A DNA stretch of 62,659 nucleotides, the filler included. It is 7 parts of 7 records of this genome, joined end to end, with 100 filler letters (N's around TTAATTAATTAA, not from the genome) between each part and the next. Parts side by side here need not be neighbours in the genome. Positions count along the whole stretch, not along the records: positions 57,061 to 62,659 come from SRR31156797_21784; 6 more parts are not named here. One strand, 5' to 3'. Shown here piece after piece: positions 60,062 to 62,659 of the stretch (position 1 is its first letter; the number at the start of each line of letters is the position of its first letter). Below the pieces are notes generated by a model. The model saw only the letters and a program-made list of their open reading frames with translations. It did not search any database and was not told where the DNA came from. The position numbers and the translations under genes are program-made.

Positions 60062-60670
60062 TTAGTCTTTTTGCCCTATCTCGGTGCTTTCAATCATTTT
60101 AAACAGCATTTCTCGTGCTCTGAAAAGTTGCGCTTTAACTGTTCCGAGTGGCAAATCTAACTCTTTTGCAATTTCTTCGTACGAAAACTCACGAAAATAT
60201 CGAAGTTCAACAAGTGTTTGATAACGGGGCTTTAACTTTCGCACAACTCTACGCAACAAAATGGCCTTCTGCTGGCGAATTAGTTTTTCTTCCGGATCAG
60301 GATCTTTAGATCGAAGTTTTACTGTTTCGTTGTTTTCATCCTGCCCGTTATTTTCTATCGTAACGTATACTCCTTTCTTTTTGCGAAGAAAATCGATACA
60401 GTTATTTGATGCAATTTTAAAAAGCCAGGTACTAAAAGCATAAGTTGGAGAATACTGATGTAAACTTTTAAAAGCCTTACCAAAAGCTTCAAGTGTAAGG
60501 TCTTCTGCATCGCTGCGGTTGTTTACCATCTTCAGCAGCATAAAGTAAATGGCATCTTTGTATCGGTTTAAAAGTCGCGCAAAGGCTTTATCATCTTCAT
60601 TTAACGCGGCTTTAACAAGTTCATAGTCCTGTCGCGCTTTATCCGATAATATCAACCCTTGTTTTTCCAT
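60062..60670 (-). CDS. ECF RNA polymerase sigma-70 factor
   Basis: DAEDL, FSTWLFKIA.N..ID and SYEEIA...GTVKAQLFRAR motifs. Confidence 0.93.
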   Translation of the reverse strand: MEKQGLILSDKARQDYELVKAALNEDDKAFARLLNRYKDAIYFMLLKMVNNRSDAEDLTLEAFGKAFKSLHQYSPTYAFSTWLFKIASNNCIDFLRKKKGVYVTIENNGQDENNETVKLRSKDPDPEEKLIRQQKAILLRRVVRKLKPRYQTLVELRYFREFSYEEIAKELDLPLGTVKAQLFRAREMLFKMIESTEIGQKD

Positions 60671-61809
60671 TTTTGACTTCGGCTTTTACGGTTAAAATGC
60701 CATCTGAATACTAGCTTATAAAATGGCATAATGAAACTGAATACTAACGAAGTTATGAATATTTTACGTTCATTCAAACGATTCTGTGAGATTTTTATGA
60801 TAAACATATAAATCACCAACTTAAGTACAACCAATAACAAAACCACCGACCATAGGTTGAATGCCATCATTAATACTAAAAACATTAAGGGAAGAAAGAG
60901 TACTTCTGTAATCCGGTCGAATTGCAAAAATATTCGTTTCCAAAGCGGTAAATGTTTTTCAATCCTGATGCTTTTTTTTAGAAGGTTTAGAAATTCATTG
61001 CGGTTAATCTCCATTTTTTTTACAGTAATGGCAGCCGGATTAAATATAAACTCACAGTGGTTCTTTTTAAGAAACGAATTTATGATTAGTTCAAGGTTTG
61101 CATAAGGTTCTTTAATGTTTTGTCCGTATCCCCCAAGCTTAAAATACTCTTGTCGTTTAAACGCCACGTTTTCTTCGCTATAGACAAACGCCACACCGGT
61201 ATTTGTATAACCAAAGCTCCGAAGTTGAAGAAAAAAGTTTTCGATTCGATACAAAATATTGTACCATCCTGGACGATTAGCAACGGCAACATAACCAATT
61301 TTTACGCCAATCTTATCTTCTGTCTTTTGCTGAAACGACTCTAACCACTCCTTACCTATATTTTCGAAGCCTGAAGTCATTATTAGAACCCAATCGTTTT
61401 GCGCAGACTTTAGTGCTATATTTTGAGATAACTTTTCAGAATAACGCGTTTCCTGGCTTAAGGTTGATATTTTTAACCGACCGAACTTTTGTTTTAACAT
61501 CCCCAAAACTGTCAAGGTACTATCCTGAGAATAATCGTCTACAGCAATTAGTTCAAACTTTTGTCCTCCACAACCAAGTAACTGGGGCAAAACGTGTTTA
61601 ATATTCTCTTCTTCATTTCTAACAGTTAACAAAACTGAAACAGAATTGGTTACTACATTTTCTCTTTTGTTTTGTTTTTTTAAAGCAACTTTTCCGGTTA
61701 TGAGAAAAAGATGAATTAACCGTATAAGCCACCCACAAATAGCAGCAGAGCAGACTATAAGCTGAATATTAGATAACGAATTAAAAGTATTTACAATCTC
61801 CTTAACCAT
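60652..61809 (-). CDS. GT2-family glycosyltransferase-like membrane protein (degenerate motifs)
   Basis: VSVLLTVRNEE, VDDYSQDST and GGY motifs; N- and C-terminal TMs; no DxD visible. Confidence 0.8.
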   Translation of the reverse strand: MVKEIVNTFNSLSNIQLIVCSAAICGWLIRLIHLFLITGKVALKKQNKRENVVTNSVSVLLTVRNEEENIKHVLPQLLGCGGQKFELIAVDDYSQDSTLTVLGMLKQKFGRLKISTLSQETRYSEKLSQNIALKSAQNDWVLIMTSGFENIGKEWLESFQQKTEDKIGVKIGYVAVANRPGWYNILYRIENFFLQLRSFGYTNTGVAFVYSEENVAFKRQEYFKLGGYGQNIKEPYANLELIINSFLKKNHCEFIFNPAAITVKKMEINRNEFLNLLKKSIRIEKHLPLWKRIFLQFDRITEVLFLPLMFLVLMMAFNLWSVVLLLVVLKLVIYMFIIKISQNRLNERKIFITSLVFSFIMPFYKLVFRWHFNRKSRSQKWKNKG

Positions 61810-61988
61810 TCAATGTTTTTCTCTGGAATAAAAAAGCAATGGCAATAGTAGTAAAATTAAGTTTACTGCTGCTTTAAAACAGCCTGCATTTTGTTTACAT
61901 GAATTAGTTTTTATTAACACCACCATCAATTAATGTACACGAATCAATTCGGGCGAAATAACTATATTTGCGACGCAATTTTATGCAG

Positions 61989-62659
61989 ATGAAGTTTGAA
62001 CTACAGAAAACATCAGAGGACTCACGTGCCCGGGCAGGGCGGATCACTACTGATCATGGAGAAATAGAAACACCCATTTTTATGCCTGTTGGAACAGCAG
62101 GATCGGTAAAAGGTATTCACACCAGGGATATTAAAGAAGATATTCAGGCTCAGATTATTTTGGGTAATACCTACCATTTGTATTTACGGCCAGGAATTAA
62201 CGTTATTGAAAAAGCGGGTGGTTTACACAAATTCAATCGTTGGGATCGGCCAATTTTAACCGATAGCGGAGGATTCCAGGTATTTTCATTGGGAGATATC
62301 AGAAAACTTACCGAAGAAGGAGCCCGGTTTCAATCGCATATTGATGGCTCTTACCACATGTTTACACCGGAAAACGTGATGGACATTCAACGTACTATTG
62401 GTGCCGATATTATTATGGCCTTTGATGAATGCACTCCTGGTGATGCTGATTATGCTTATGCAAAAAAATCGCTGGAGCTTACACAACGGTGGCTGGAACG
62501 GTGTTTTAACCGATTCAACAACACCGATCCAAAATATGGTTATTCGCAATCGCTTTTCCCGATTGTGCAAGGTAACACCTATGCCGATTTAAGAAAAGCT
62601 GCCGTGGCTCATGTTAAAACATTTGATGCCGACGGTTATGCCATTGGTGGATTATCGGT
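61989..62659 (+). CDS. tgt: Queuine tRNA-ribosyltransferase, 3'-truncated (not in ORF track)
   Basis: MKFEL...RARAG...TPIFMPVGT, GNTYHL, TDSGGFQ, FDEC, IVQG and AIGGLS; frame open to the window end. Confidence 0.95.
   Translation, partial: MKFELQKTSEDSRARAGRITTDHGEIETPIFMPVGTAGSVKGIHTRDIKEDIQAQIILGNTYHLYLRPGINVIEKAGGLHKFNRWDRPILTDSGGFQVFSLGDIRKLTEEGARFQSHIDGSYHMFTPENVMDIQRTIGADIIMAFDECTPGDADYAYAKKSLELTQRWLERCFNRFNNTDPKYGYSQSLFPIVQGNTYADLRKAAVAHVKTFDADGYAIGGLS

Noticed and set aside
1-62659. CRISPR arrays, tRNA/rRNA genes, intact transposases or integrases, defence systems
   Set aside because: No regularly spaced repeats, cloverleaf or rRNA signatures, or recombinase, nuclease or reverse transcriptase ORFs were recognised by eye.

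Overview
The window is not one locus. It is seven unrelated metagenomic fragments joined by six artificial 100-nt spacers (N44-TTAATTAATTAA-N44). Taxonomy below is inferred from gene content and sequence style. (1) 1-7899, Bacteroidota (Prolixibacteraceae-like): T9SS protease, two mono-heme proteins, a stand-alone archaeal-type ThrRS editing domain, DEAD-box helicase, RNase H, TetR. (2) 8000-15549, Methanosarcinaceae-like archaeon: Na+/solute symporter, PocR kinase, DUF2117, a ubiquitin-like protein. (3) 15650-28601, Arcobacter-like Campylobacterota: a tightly coupled iron operon (imelysin, di-heme DHOR, imelysin, desaturase, MauG-like enzyme, FbpABC), three paralogous 'MQxxS' proteins sharing a promoter motif, and mntP. 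(4) 28702-39189, Bacteroidota: peptidases, glycoside hydrolases, a stand-alone B12-binding-like domain and a LytTR regulator. (5) 39290-49194, Desulfobacterales-like: U32 protein, TetR module, c-di-GMP-I riboswitch ahead of an FN3/Ig protein, orphan frdAB, porin and a duplicated ~150-bp leader element. (6) 49295-56960, Bacteroidales: cysK and a GldA/F/G-type ABC system. (7) 57061-62659, Bacteroidota: pfkA, rsmG, ECF sigma, GT2, tgt. The best candidates for undescribed biology are the MauG-like enzyme inside an iron-uptake operon, the co-regulated MQxxS paralog array, and the duplicated promoter/leader element. No CRISPR array, tRNA, rRNA or intact transposase was seen. All family calls come from motif recognition; no database searches were run.
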